Origin: Candidatus Poribacteria bacterium
GTDB taxonomy: Bacteria; Poribacteria; WGA-4E; PCPOR2b
DNA: 64,000 nucleotides
Reading direction: 5' to 3'
Assembly: GCA_965116925.1 (NCBI GenBank)
Contig: OZ220744.1
Location: 2,816,001-2,880,000 of the forward strand
The number at the start of each line of letters is the position of its first letter. Position 1 is the first letter of the stretch. The notes beneath the pieces are model-generated. The model was not told the DNA's origin. It made no database searches and worked only from the letters and a program-made list of their open reading frames with translations. The translations under genes and the position numbers were made by a program. Shown here piece after piece: positions 9,351-18,022 of the stretch.

Positions 9351-11075
9351 GTGAAAAACGATCGATTTCTGCTCTCTGCTCTGGTTGACTTTCCGGATGA
9401 CTGCAATCGCTTGGTCTTTACGCCCGATCTGGTAGAGAACTTGATAGATCGCCTCCACTGGATGGGTGTCCGTCGGGTTTACTGGAACTACTACCAGCAA
9501 GGGATGTGGGACAATTTCGCCGACAAGTCAGAAGCGACTCGCCAGACCCTTGCGAATTTGGGTGAGCCTTTAGCTTTGGGCTGTCGCCTAGCGCATGAAC
9601 GAGAGATGGAATTCTACGCTACCATCAAGCCGTACGAGACGGGTGCGAGTCATGCCAATCCCAAAGATAGCCCTGAGATGATGGCTGTACCCGGCTTGCC
9701 GTGCATTGGTGGGGTTTGCAAGGTTGATCCGTGGGTCATGGCGCGTCCGGAGATGCGGGTGCGAGGGCGTAGCGCGGACATGCCAACAGGTCTAGAGAAA
9801 ATCCCGATTGAGCGCATCCAGCTCCGCCAGAAAGATATGGTCCCGATCCGTATCGCACCAGAAAATATCGAAATTTGGACCAGTGACGATAACGACTCCT
9901 ACCAAAAACAAGACCTGACTTTTGCGTTGACCGAATCTGTTGAAACCTGCCCCCGCGATGTTTTTGAACTCGACGGTGACCCGGTCACGTCAAAGGGGGA
10001 GTCGGTGCGAGCCATCAACTTGAGTGGACTGAATCTGCTTGATCCGTTTATTGCAATCACCACTAATTTTGCAGACAGGAATGGCAGCTTTCGCAACACC
10101 GCAATGGAGATGGTACGGGCATTTGGTCCCGGCGACCAGCCGATCCCAGTTGTCGTTGCCAGTCACAAGGCGGTTTGGAGGCCCCTGCGCGACTTCCGCA
10201 CTGGTGACCTTGAGTACGATGCAGGACTCGGTGATTCCCTCGTCTGCCTTGATGTGACTAACCAACCAGATGCGTTTGCGGGAGAACCTAACGACGGGGT
10301 TATTGCGGTTGCAAGGGGACGCAATGAGTATTTTTCGGGGTCGCTTTGTGAGGCGTATGCAGAGGTGCAAGCCTACTGGTTGAGTTGGATCGGTGCGTGT
10401 ATCGCGGCGGGCGTTGATGGATTGGACGTTCGCATCTCCTGTCATAGCAGCTGGACAAACACCCCGGAGATATACGGTTTTAATGAACCTGTGGCGGCAG
10501 AGTACCAGCGGCGATATGGAGTCAATCCAGACGTGGAACCGTACGACCCGGCGTTGCTTGGGGCACTTCGGGGCGAATTCTTCGATCAGTTTCTGCGAGC
10601 GACGAAGCGGCGTTTGTCGGCGGCTGGCAAACGGATGCAGGTTCATGCGGAGATGGAGTCGTTTCGGCCTGATGCCTGTCAGGGACGCTGGCGCACCCGT
10701 CCGGGCAACATCACGTTTAACTGGCGGAGTTGGCTGCACACCGGGCTAGCGGACGAAGCCACACTGTTTGGGCGCGGCTGGATGCCTGAGCAAATGCTCA
10801 ACGACGGACTCACATTGGAGATGTTGCGGGAAGCTGCTGATACCAATGTGCTTGTCCATTTAAGCAAGGCGGTCGGACATAGCCGCGACGGCGGGGTGCA
10901 CGCCGATTTGCTGGAGTATATCTACCGTTTCGGTGGACTTGCCGGATACACGCTCTATGAGACGGCAGCGATGTATGATGGGCAGTATCTTGGCCCTGAC
11001 GGTCAGCTGCAATTCCACGCAGGGTTGTGTGAGGGGATACGCGACCGTGTTAGAAGTTTGGGGCTGATTGATTAA
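9351..11075 (+). CDS. Hypothetical protein, possibly a glycoside-hydrolase-like TIM barrel
   Basis: GGAGG RBS plus GTG; 574 aa; GVDGLD and YGFNEPV..EY..RYG segments resemble GH10-like/DUF187 barrels. Confidence 0.6.
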   Translation: MKNDRFLLSALVDFPDDCNRLVFTPDLVENLIDRLHWMGVRRVYWNYYQQGMWDNFADKSEATRQTLANLGEPLALGCRLAHEREMEFYATIKPYETGASHANPKDSPEMMAVPGLPCIGGVCKVDPWVMARPEMRVRGRSADMPTGLEKIPIERIQLRQKDMVPIRIAPENIEIWTSDDNDSYQKQDLTFALTESVETCPRDVFELDGDPVTSKGESVRAINLSGLNLLDPFIAITTNFADRNGSFRNTAMEMVRAFGPGDQPIPVVVASHKAVWRPLRDFRTGDLEYDAGLGDSLVCLDVTNQPDAFAGEPNDGVIAVARGRNEYFSGSLCEAYAEVQAYWLSWIGACIAAGVDGLDVRISCHSSWTNTPEIYGFNEPVAAEYQRRYGVNPDVEPYDPALLGALRGEFFDQFLRATKRRLSAAGKRMQVHAEMESFRPDACQGRWRTRPGNITFNWRSWLHTGLADEATLFGRGWMPEQMLNDGLTLEMLREAADTNVLVHLSKAVGHSRDGGVHADLLEYIYRFGGLAGYTLYETAAMYDGQYLGPDGQLQFHAGLCEGIRDRVRSLGLID

Positions 11076-11084
11076 AGGGTGAAG

Positions 11085-11118
11085 AGAAACCGAGTTTTTT
11101 CTTCAAAACTCGGTTTCT
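11085..11118. repeat. AGAAACCGAGTTTT...AAAACTCGGTTTCT hairpin (copies at 15107, 22650, 26290)
   Basis: 14-bp or longer perfect stem, four near-identical copies, mostly just downstream of genes or inside MITE shells. Confidence 0.85.
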
Positions 11119-11171
11119 GTCGTCCGCATAAACTTTTGGTTGTTGCCCTGAATGACTACAAGCAATTGATA

Positions 11172-11498
11172 TATAGTGAATTCAAAAAATAAATAGACTA
11201 GGACTTACGCAGTTGAACGCTCAAAGCCTCCGTTCCGAGAGTCTTCGACCTGTAGCCGTTGGACACTGTTCCCAACGCCCGATGAATCGGGCAACTACAG
11301 TAAGGTCTTAGGTTTGTAGTAGGGCGATTTATCGCCCGTCCGGACGCGCAATAAACGCGCGACTACAAACTGAAGTGCATAACTCCTATAGACATTAAAA
11401 GTAGAAGTTTTTTGTGCCACGATCTGTTAGATTGTGATCCCAAGCCGCAAACTAACAGTTCGCGCTACAGTGTCTTATTAATTCTGAGATCCACTATA
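11172..11498. mobile_element. Correia-like MITE (TATAGTG...CCACTATA) with a nested insertion
   Basis: Termini shared with 14580-14949 and 30690-30833. Confidence 0.75.
11199..11388. mobile_element. Nested MITE, TIR TAGGACTTACGCA/TGCATAACTCCTA, flanked by a 5-bp TAGAC duplication
   Basis: TAGAC at 11194-11198 and 11389-11393; 11/13 TIR match; contains REP-like hairpins. Confidence 0.75.
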
Positions 11499-11510
11499 AA
11501 TGGAGTGTAA

Positions 11511-12596
11511 ATGATGACCGATCAATCAGGGGACTATCGTGCGGCAATTATCGAGTGTGGGAGTATCGCGAGTAGCCACGCTTCTGGCTATAATCGGACC
11601 GAGGCAACCACGATAGTGGCGTGTGCGGACACGGTGGAAGCCAAGGCACAGAATTTCGCCCAACGGAATAGTATCCCGAACCACTACACCGATTACCGAC
11701 AGATGCTTGATGTTGAGCAACCTGAAATCGTGAGTGTGTGCACGTGGCATCCCCTTCACGCGGAAATGACAATCGCTGCTGCTGCGCGTCAGCCCAAGGC
11801 TATCCTTTGCGAGAAACCGATGGCGACCAACTTGGGTGAAGCTGAGGCGATGATGATTGCTTGTCAGCGCAATCACGTTAAGCTAGCGATCGGCTTTCAG
11901 CGTCGATTTCTTGGGGCATGGACGGAAGCGAAGGAACTCATTGCCGCAGGGGCAATCGGCGAGCCTCAACGGGTATCGCACACCCGTCTGACCGGATTGC
12001 TCAACGCTACCAGCCACGGGTTCGACTGTATGCGTTACATTCTGGGCGATCCCAAGGTAGCATGGGTCTTCGGTCAGGTGGAGCGGAAAACCGACCGGTA
12101 CGAGCGTAGTGTGCGCAGCGAAGACTGCGTCGCGGGATTCTTACTGTTTGAGGGCGGTGTACAGGGGACGTTCCAGACAGATCTTGTCTCTGAAAACAAG
12201 TGGGCGTTTGTGCAAGGAACTGACGGACTGCTCGACTTCGATGATGGTTGGATACGATACTTCAACGCTGAAACCGGTGGCTGGCGAGACGTAGAGGTGG
12301 AAACCGTGGATGCGGCTGCCGCTCAGGTGCATGAGTTGGTTGATTGGATTGAGGAGCGTTGTGTCCATCGCAACCAAGCGGAAAATGGCTTGTGGACGAT
12401 GCACATGATGATGGGTGCCTACGAATCCGCCCGCTGCCATGAGGTGGTCAATCTACCGATGCAAACCCGTGCGAACCCGCTTGATCTGATGGTAGAATCT
12501 GGACAGCTGCCGGTGCAACGCCCCGGACGGTACGATATTCGTAGTTTCCTGCTTGAGGGGGAAGCGATGCATCTGAACGTGAAACGTGATGCGTGA
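11511..12596 (+). CDS. Gfo/Idh/MocA family oxidoreductase
   Basis: CEKPMA, GFQRRF, H..D motifs. Confidence 0.92.
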   Translation: MMTDQSGDYRAAIIECGSIASSHASGYNRTEATTIVACADTVEAKAQNFAQRNSIPNHYTDYRQMLDVEQPEIVSVCTWHPLHAEMTIAAAARQPKAILCEKPMATNLGEAEAMMIACQRNHVKLAIGFQRRFLGAWTEAKELIAAGAIGEPQRVSHTRLTGLLNATSHGFDCMRYILGDPKVAWVFGQVERKTDRYERSVRSEDCVAGFLLFEGGVQGTFQTDLVSENKWAFVQGTDGLLDFDDGWIRYFNAETGGWRDVEVETVDAAAAQVHELVDWIEERCVHRNQAENGLWTMHMMMGAYESARCHEVVNLPMQTRANPLDLMVESGQLPVQRPGRYDIRSFLLEGEAMHLNVKRDA

Positions 12597-12624
12597 AACG
12601 TGAAAAAGCAATAGGAGATTTTTT

Positions 12625-13491
12625 ATGCGGATTATGCGGTCTTGGATGTTTGTGCCGGGGCATCAGGGGCGGATGATTGATAAAGCCTATGGACTGAAGC
12701 TCGATGTAGCGATGTTCGATCTCGAGGACGGGGTGCCGCCCGGCGAAAAGGATACCGCCCGCGCTATGATGCCGAAAACGCTTGCCCGTCCGTCGCCCGG
12801 AATACTCCGTTTCGTGCGTATCCATCCCGCTGGGACCAAGGAGATAGAAGCCGACCTACCCGCGGTGATTCAGCCCGGTCTGAACGGACTCACGTTGACG
12901 AAGGTAAATTGTCCCGAAGACGTGTTACGGGTCAGTGCGGTTCTGGATGAGCGAGAGGAAGGGGCTGGACTCCAACGCGGAAGTGTGCGATTGCTTGCCA
13001 CGATTGAGAGTGCGAAGGGATTGATTCAGGCGGCTGCGATTGCGGCATCCAGTCCTCGACTTATTGGCTTGATGTTCGGTGCGGAGGATTTCGCGATGGA
13101 CATGGGGCTGTTTAACGTCCGCCAAGGCGAAGCGGGGGATTTCCTCTACGCCCGATCCGCGCTCGCCGTCGCTGCTGTTAGTGAAGGGTTGCAGGCGATA
13201 GATCGGGTTTATGTCGATTTCCGGAACCCGGCGGGACTAGAACAGGACACACGGATCGCCCGTGATCTTGGGTTTACCGGCAAAGCCTTGATCCACCCCG
13301 CCCAGATTGAGGTTGTGGAGAAAGTTTTTCGCCCGACCGATGCGGAGGTTGAGTATGCCCGGCGCGTGGTAGATGCGTTTGAGACGGCAGAAGCCGAGGG
13401 CGCGGGTGCGGTTGCCGTCGATGGTCAGATGGTTGATCTGCCGGTGGTAGAGCGTGCCCGGCGGGTGCTGCAACTTGTATCTGACAAATAG
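12625..13491 (+). CDS. CitE/malyl-CoA lyase-like CoA ester lyase (HpcH/HpaI aldolase/citrate lyase family)
   Basis: RSWMFVPG, FDLEDGV, IESAKG, FGAEDF, GFTGK.LIHP.QI, DGQMVD. Confidence 0.92.
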   Translation: MRIMRSWMFVPGHQGRMIDKAYGLKLDVAMFDLEDGVPPGEKDTARAMMPKTLARPSPGILRFVRIHPAGTKEIEADLPAVIQPGLNGLTLTKVNCPEDVLRVSAVLDEREEGAGLQRGSVRLLATIESAKGLIQAAAIAASSPRLIGLMFGAEDFAMDMGLFNVRQGEAGDFLYARSALAVAAVSEGLQAIDRVYVDFRNPAGLEQDTRIARDLGFTGKALIHPAQIEVVEKVFRPTDAEVEYARRVVDAFETAEAEGAGAVAVDGQMVDLPVVERARRVLQLVSDK

Positions 13492-13522
13492 ATCCAAACC
13501 GCCAAAAACAACATCGTGAATC

Positions 13523-14506
13523 TTAATCCCGCACCCGCGAAATTTCTAACCTCTCCATCTTATAGCGGAGGGTGGAGTAAGGCATACCGAGTTTTTTTGC
13601 GGATCGGCTGCGATTCCATTGGTTTTCTTGAAGTGTCCGTAAGATCCGGTCGTGCTCAGTCTCCTTCGCTGATTGGTCAGATTGCGACGGTATTTCTTCC
13701 AATGCTTCTCCTTGAATATCGAGATGTTCGACTCCTATCAGCGAAACCTTTGGCGGACAAAGAGCAGCAGTGCGATCAACGATATTTCGCAACTCACGCA
13801 CATTGCCAGGGTATTGATAATCCAGAAGGGTCGATTTTGCCCCTTCTGAAAAGCTGCTGAAGCTGCGCCCCCTTCTGGTGGTGTATGCGTCCAGAAAATG
13901 ATCTGCCAACGGTAGGATATCCTCCTGACGTTCTCGAAGCGGTGTCAAGTGGATGGGAAAAACGTTGAGGCGATAGTACAAATCGCTGCGGAACTGCCCA
14001 GATTGGATAAGGGATACGGGATCCCTGTTGAATGCACTGATAATCCGTTCTTGGAAAGAGATCTCTTGAGCACCGCCAAGCCGCCTCAGTGTCCGGTTAT
14101 CGACCACCCGCAGCAGCTTCGCTTGTATGTCGAGTGAGAGGTCAGCGATTTCATCCAGAAGCAGTGTACCGTTATCTGCCATCTCAAAGTAGCCGGGTTT
14201 ATCCGTTGTCGCATCGGTGTAGGCTCCTTTGACGTGGCCAAAGAGCTCGCTTTCAACCAGCGACTTTGGAAACGCCGAACAGTTCACAGCAATAAATGGA
14301 TTCGCTTCCGAAGACCCTTGAAAGTGAATTTCCCGTGCTACCACCTCTTTGCCTGTGCCCGTTTCGCCGGTGAGAAGAATCGTATCAACATTTGCGTCAA
14401 CCGCCTGCCGAATACGTTCTCGCACCTCTTGTGTGGCTGGACTGTTTCCCACAAAGTCTCGGTTTTGTGCCCGCAGATTGCGGTGAATTGTTCGTCGGTT
14501 ATCCAT
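13523..14506 (-). CDS. Sigma54-dependent enhancer-binding protein lacking an N-terminal sensor domain
   Basis: GETGTGKE, ESELFGH.KGAYTDA, LLDEI, FRSDLYYRL, YPGNVREL, Fis-type HTH; AAGGAAGG RBS before ATG 14506. Confidence 0.92.
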   Translation of the reverse strand: MDNRRTIHRNLRAQNRDFVGNSPATQEVRERIRQAVDANVDTILLTGETGTGKEVVAREIHFQGSSEANPFIAVNCSAFPKSLVESELFGHVKGAYTDATTDKPGYFEMADNGTLLLDEIADLSLDIQAKLLRVVDNRTLRRLGGAQEISFQERIISAFNRDPVSLIQSGQFRSDLYYRLNVFPIHLTPLRERQEDILPLADHFLDAYTTRRGRSFSSFSEGAKSTLLDYQYPGNVRELRNIVDRTAALCPPKVSLIGVEHLDIQGEALEEIPSQSDQSAKETEHDRILRTLQENQWNRSRSAKKLGMPYSTLRYKMERLEISRVRD

Positions 14507-14579
14507 TTGCCTTCCTTTTTTCGGTAAACGTGGTTTGACTTCTTTATCCTCAAAAGAATTGATGTATCGCATGGTCGAC

Positions 14580-14949
14580 TATGGTAAATTCTAAAAATAA
14601 ATAGATACTTTCGCCCCTCGGCTTCGATCCCGATTTATCGGGGCCGGTAGGTGCGGTTAGGTTCTGTTGACATTTCATCGCAACTAGACCATCAAGAGGG
14701 AGCACAAACGCATAATCCTGCGTAGGGGTTGGGTCTCCCAACCCTTTGTTCGCACGTCAGAAACCATTTCGGACTTTTGTACCACGATCTGTTAGATTGT
14801 GATCCTAGTCTGCAAACTAACAGTTCGCGCTACTTATGGCAGATTGCCTGATGATTACAGCGTTTGCCGAATGGGCAGTATCAGAATGTCAACACGCCCT
14901 AGAAACCGTACCGGTTTGGAGTGTCTCATTAATTCTAAGATCCACTATA
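14580..14949. mobile_element. Correia-like MITE containing a REP interrupted by a second MITE (14660-14899)
   Basis: Right end GAGTGTCTCATTAATTCTAAGATCCACTATA; inner termini GGTTCTGTTGACA/TGTCAACACGCCC with TA on both sides. Confidence 0.7.
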
Positions 14950-14980
14950 ATTTCGAGGTTCTCCACTGTTCCTATCTCCT

Positions 14981-15596
14981 TCCTATACTTAAAAAGATAC
15001 AAGAGGCCACAGACAGGATGCAAATTTGTTTTCTTCAGTTTGAAACTATTTGTTTCAAACTGCGAAAAATAAATTAGTTCATTGGAAAAAAATGCAAAAT
15101 GTTAATAGAAACCGAGTTTTTTCTTGAAAACTCGGTTTCTATTGCACGAACTTTTAACATAAGCCAATAAATGAAATGAGAAGTTGCGGAATGAGGTATC
15201 GGGATTGGGAGATTCCTCTCCGTTTCAATCCCATTCCGAAGACTCTCCCGATAGATCGGTTCCGATTCATGCCGATTCTTCGGCATGAGTCGGGAGATAG
15301 CACCTACCGTTGACTGCATAAGTCCTATATCTTAAAGAATACAGGAGGACATAAACAGAATGCAAATCTAAATTCTTTAACTTGAAACAAATGGTTTCAA
15401 GTTGTCAAAAATAAATTGGTTTATATAAAAAGATCGTGCAACAGCAATCGATTTTTGACAAGCACGGGCGGGGTAGGCCCGCCCCTACAGTTGACTGTGT
15501 AAGTCCTATATTTGAAAGGATACACGAGGGCGTAGACAGGATGCAAATTTAATTTTTGAGGAGTTAAACCAATAGTTTAACTCCTCAAAAAATAGC
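14981..15596. repeat. Three degenerate ~95-bp direct repeats, each ending in a palindrome
   Basis: TCCTATA..ATAC..GAGG...ACAG.ATGCAAAT.. at 14981, 15323 and 15504. Confidence 0.85.
15076..15165. mobile_element. IS1595-like MITE with a 7/8-bp flanking duplication (AATAAATT/AATAAATG)
   Basis: Termini resemble 36501-36632; carries the AGAAACCGAG hairpin. Confidence 0.55.
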
Positions 15597-15742
15597 CTGG
15601 ATGGGGAGCTGCACAACTTGTACTATACCCTGTCTCAAGCACTCGTTGAAGCTCGCAAGGCGGTAGGATATGTGATAAAAGTTATCAAAATTCTCAGTAA
15701 TATACAGGCTTTGGTTGCCCCCTTAGAACTTGTGCGAGAGGA

Positions 15743-15791
15743 TTAGTAAAATTTACTAACATTAGTAAAATTTGCTAGCAATATTTACTAA
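15743..15791. promoter_or_regulatory. Putative enhancer (UAS): tandem TTAGTAAAATTTACTAA-type palindromes
   Basis: Perfect palindrome at 15743-15759 plus two variants, about 90-135 bp upstream of a -24/-12 box. Confidence 0.7.
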
Positions 15792-15878
15792 TAATCGAGT
15801 TATTTCCTCCAACGACTTTTTGGACATTTCGCCTTGAAAGCCTGATGCTGACTGGGTTTGGGCGATTTCTATGGCTTT

Positions 15879-15893
15879 TGGCATGATAATTGC
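15879..15893 (+). promoter_or_regulatory. Sigma54 -24/-12 promoter
   Basis: TGGCATGATAATTGC, exact GG-N10-GC spacing, conserved in the paralogous copy at 20908. Confidence 0.85.
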
Positions 15894-16019
15894 CCCTTGA
15901 GTTTGTAGTTAAACTTTTTAACCATAACGGAAAAAGCATGGATTTTCGATAAGTAACAACTTAGATTAATCTATCCCTAAGGAATATGATGAAATCTACA
16001 TGCCAAGAGGAGGCAAAAA

Positions 16020-16331
16020 ATGTCAAGAAAACAGGTTGTTTCACTCACCAGCGCAATTTTAATGGTTGCCCTTATCACAAACTTTGCAGGGTTGATACAG
16101 GACGCGGAAGCAGACCCTGTTAGGGTTGTGAAGCAGAATGTGACCCATGCCTGCGTTGATACGGATCATCCTTCCCAGAGTGATGTTTGTCAAACTGTAC
16201 AATTCACTGTGACCGTAACGGTTAATCCGCATGGACATAAGAAGGAGGTAGAGGAAAGAGATGTGTACTTGTCCACGGGGGTAACAAGTTGTCCTCAGTG
16301 TCCGAACCCGCCGTTTGATGAGTATAACTAG
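16020..16331 (+). CDS. Small secreted 4-Cys protein
   Basis: GAGGAGG RBS; Sec signal ending in AEA; mature part of about 72 aa with C-x11-C and CPQC. Confidence 0.8.
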   Translation: MSRKQVVSLTSAILMVALITNFAGLIQDAEADPVRVVKQNVTHACVDTDHPSQSDVCQTVQFTVTVTVNPHGHKKEVEERDVYLSTGVTSCPQCPNPPFDEYN

Positions 16332-16363
16332 CGGGTTCACTCTCCCTAAGTGATTCTATGAAA

Positions 16364-16415
16364 CTTAATCGTTTGGCAGCCGATGATTCAGTTCACTAGC
16401 TGCCAAACGATTAAG
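16364..16415 (+). other. Intercistronic 17-bp perfect stem-loop
   Basis: CTTAATCGTTTGGCAGC / GCTGCCAAACGATTAAG, with no U-tract. Confidence 0.75.
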
Positions 16416-16436
16416 CCTACATAAAGGGCTATTTCA

Positions 16437-17444
16437 ATGAGAAAACTTATCGTTGCTGGTATCGCTTTTTTACTTTTACTTGGCGGATTCATCGTTTATA
16501 TGGAGATTGATAAAAAGAAGTTTATTGACAGTATTTCGTCGGTGTCTCCGGTTGTGGCTCAACCGGTGAATGGGGCAGAAACAACTATTGAGGGGACTCA
16601 GGAAAACAAGAAGCCTAAGTTGCAAGAGGTGGATCCTGATGAACTACTAGCTGCTGTAAATCGAATCCCGGAGCAATTTGGGTATAGCGAAGCGGCTACA
16701 ACTTACGCAAAACTAGAAGCAAAACGCATGAGTGGGGAAAAGCTAACACTTGATGAAAAAGTTGCTCGCTTGGAAGCCATGCTTTATTTGTACCCAAACG
16801 AGTATACCCGAAGATCCCTTATATATGAAAAGTGGTTACAATCAAAAGGTCCTAGCTATGGAGGCTTTTTCGACGAAGACATAGCGGAACTGAAGGAATT
16901 GGGCATCCCCGTAGTATATAGCGGCAATTCTTTGATGATTAACCCGCCTCCTGATGTGGTTCTAAGACGGTTGGCCGAAGAAGATGCTGAAGAATATAGA
17001 CATATATGGCGTGATTTTTTGGCCCATGGGGAGTCAAGCACTTCTGCGCCCAATACTGCTTCTTTAGAGGGCATGGGTGAAGATACAGTTTCCTCTCCTA
17101 ATCGTTCTGAAGTCTTCCCTGTGACATCTGAATCTGATCTGCTGGACACGTCTGAGCACGTTCACTACGAGGAGGGACATGTACACGAACCGCCTACCCT
17201 TGGTCACGGAACGGACAGCGAACCGCCTACGCTGGCACCTGCTAAAAGCGTTGAGGCACGTGGCTGGGAGGGGTTGTCACAGGAACAACGAGAAGAGGCG
17301 AAACAGTTGTTTAACCGGTACGGTACAGCGGAAGGATTACGCCGTCTGAGAGAGACGGACCCCGACGCCGCAGCTCAATTTGATTGGGAGCGACGCGAGC
17401 CGCCTGTCCCTTCCGAGTCAGGTGAAGGGGCCTCTACGCGGTAG
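16437..17444 (+). CDS. Membrane-anchored hypothetical protein, paralog A
   Basis: N-terminal TM; His motif EHVHYEEGHVHE; C-terminal YGTAEGLRRLRE.DP shared with paralogs B and C. Confidence 0.85.
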   Translation: MRKLIVAGIAFLLLLGGFIVYMEIDKKKFIDSISSVSPVVAQPVNGAETTIEGTQENKKPKLQEVDPDELLAAVNRIPEQFGYSEAATTYAKLEAKRMSGEKLTLDEKVARLEAMLYLYPNEYTRRSLIYEKWLQSKGPSYGGFFDEDIAELKELGIPVVYSGNSLMINPPPDVVLRRLAEEDAEEYRHIWRDFLAHGESSTSAPNTASLEGMGEDTVSSPNRSEVFPVTSESDLLDTSEHVHYEEGHVHEPPTLGHGTDSEPPTLAPAKSVEARGWEGLSQEQREEAKQLFNRYGTAEGLRRLRETDPDAAAQFDWERREPPVPSESGEGASTR

Positions 17445-17472
17445 GGACAAGTCCTAAATTCATACAACCAGC

Positions 17473-17515
17473 AGCGGTATCACACCTTTTTTAGGGATAT
17501 GATACCGCTTTTTTT
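17473..17515 (+). terminator. Intrinsic terminator
   Basis: AGCGGTATCA...TGATACCGCT plus T-run; the same terminator follows B and C. Confidence 0.85.
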
Positions 17516-17528
17516 GTGATCACAGTCC

Positions 17529-17823
17529 GTAGGTTGGGTTGAACGGTTAAACGGCAATCCCTATCAACTTCAATAGAAGCTCCGTCGTCCAACAACACCT
17601 GCTTACAGACAGATAGAGTGAAACCCAACTCCGTTTTTCATCGAGACGCTTCCTTGGCAAAAAACTATTTCATAAAAGTGCCCTTTTGTACCACGATCTG
17701 TTAGATTGTGATCTGAGTGCACAAACTAACAGTTCGCACTACTTATGGCAGATTGCCTGATGATTATAGCGTTTGCCGAATCAGCAGCTTCAAAATGTCA
17801 ACACGCCCTAGCAACTTGCGTTA
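17529..17823. repeat. Pile of repeat/MITE fragments
   Basis: 17529-17635 matches 44813-44919; about 17684-17811 matches about 14775-14902; ends in CTAGCAACTTGCGTTA as at 32276. Confidence 0.8.
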
Positions 17824-17825
17824 TA

Positions 17826-17918
17826 ATAGGTAACTCGGGGCACACTAGTCACAGTTATCAGATCGTGTCATGGATCACCATTCATACGACTTATACCGTT
17901 GCTAGTTGTAATACTTAA
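17826..17918 (+). pseudogene. Probable 3' remnant of a second small Cys-protein gene
   Basis: Reads IGNSGHTSHSYQIVSWITIHTTYTVASCNT*, resembling PHGH...TGVTSCPQC of the 16020 protein; same position (before hairpin plus paralog). Confidence 0.45.
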
Positions 17919-18022
17919 GCACTTAAGCATCGTTAGAAAGCTAGGCAGCCCAGCCTCTACTCGTGTCTCCGTAGGGGCTGGCAAAAAAAACAGTTAAGCG
18001 ATTCAGAAGGGACGGTATTTTG

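Noticed and set aside
14338..14966. GTG at 14966 with AAGGAG as the original activator start, interrupted by the MITE
   Set aside because: Removing the element and one TA gives a frame different from the activator ORF.
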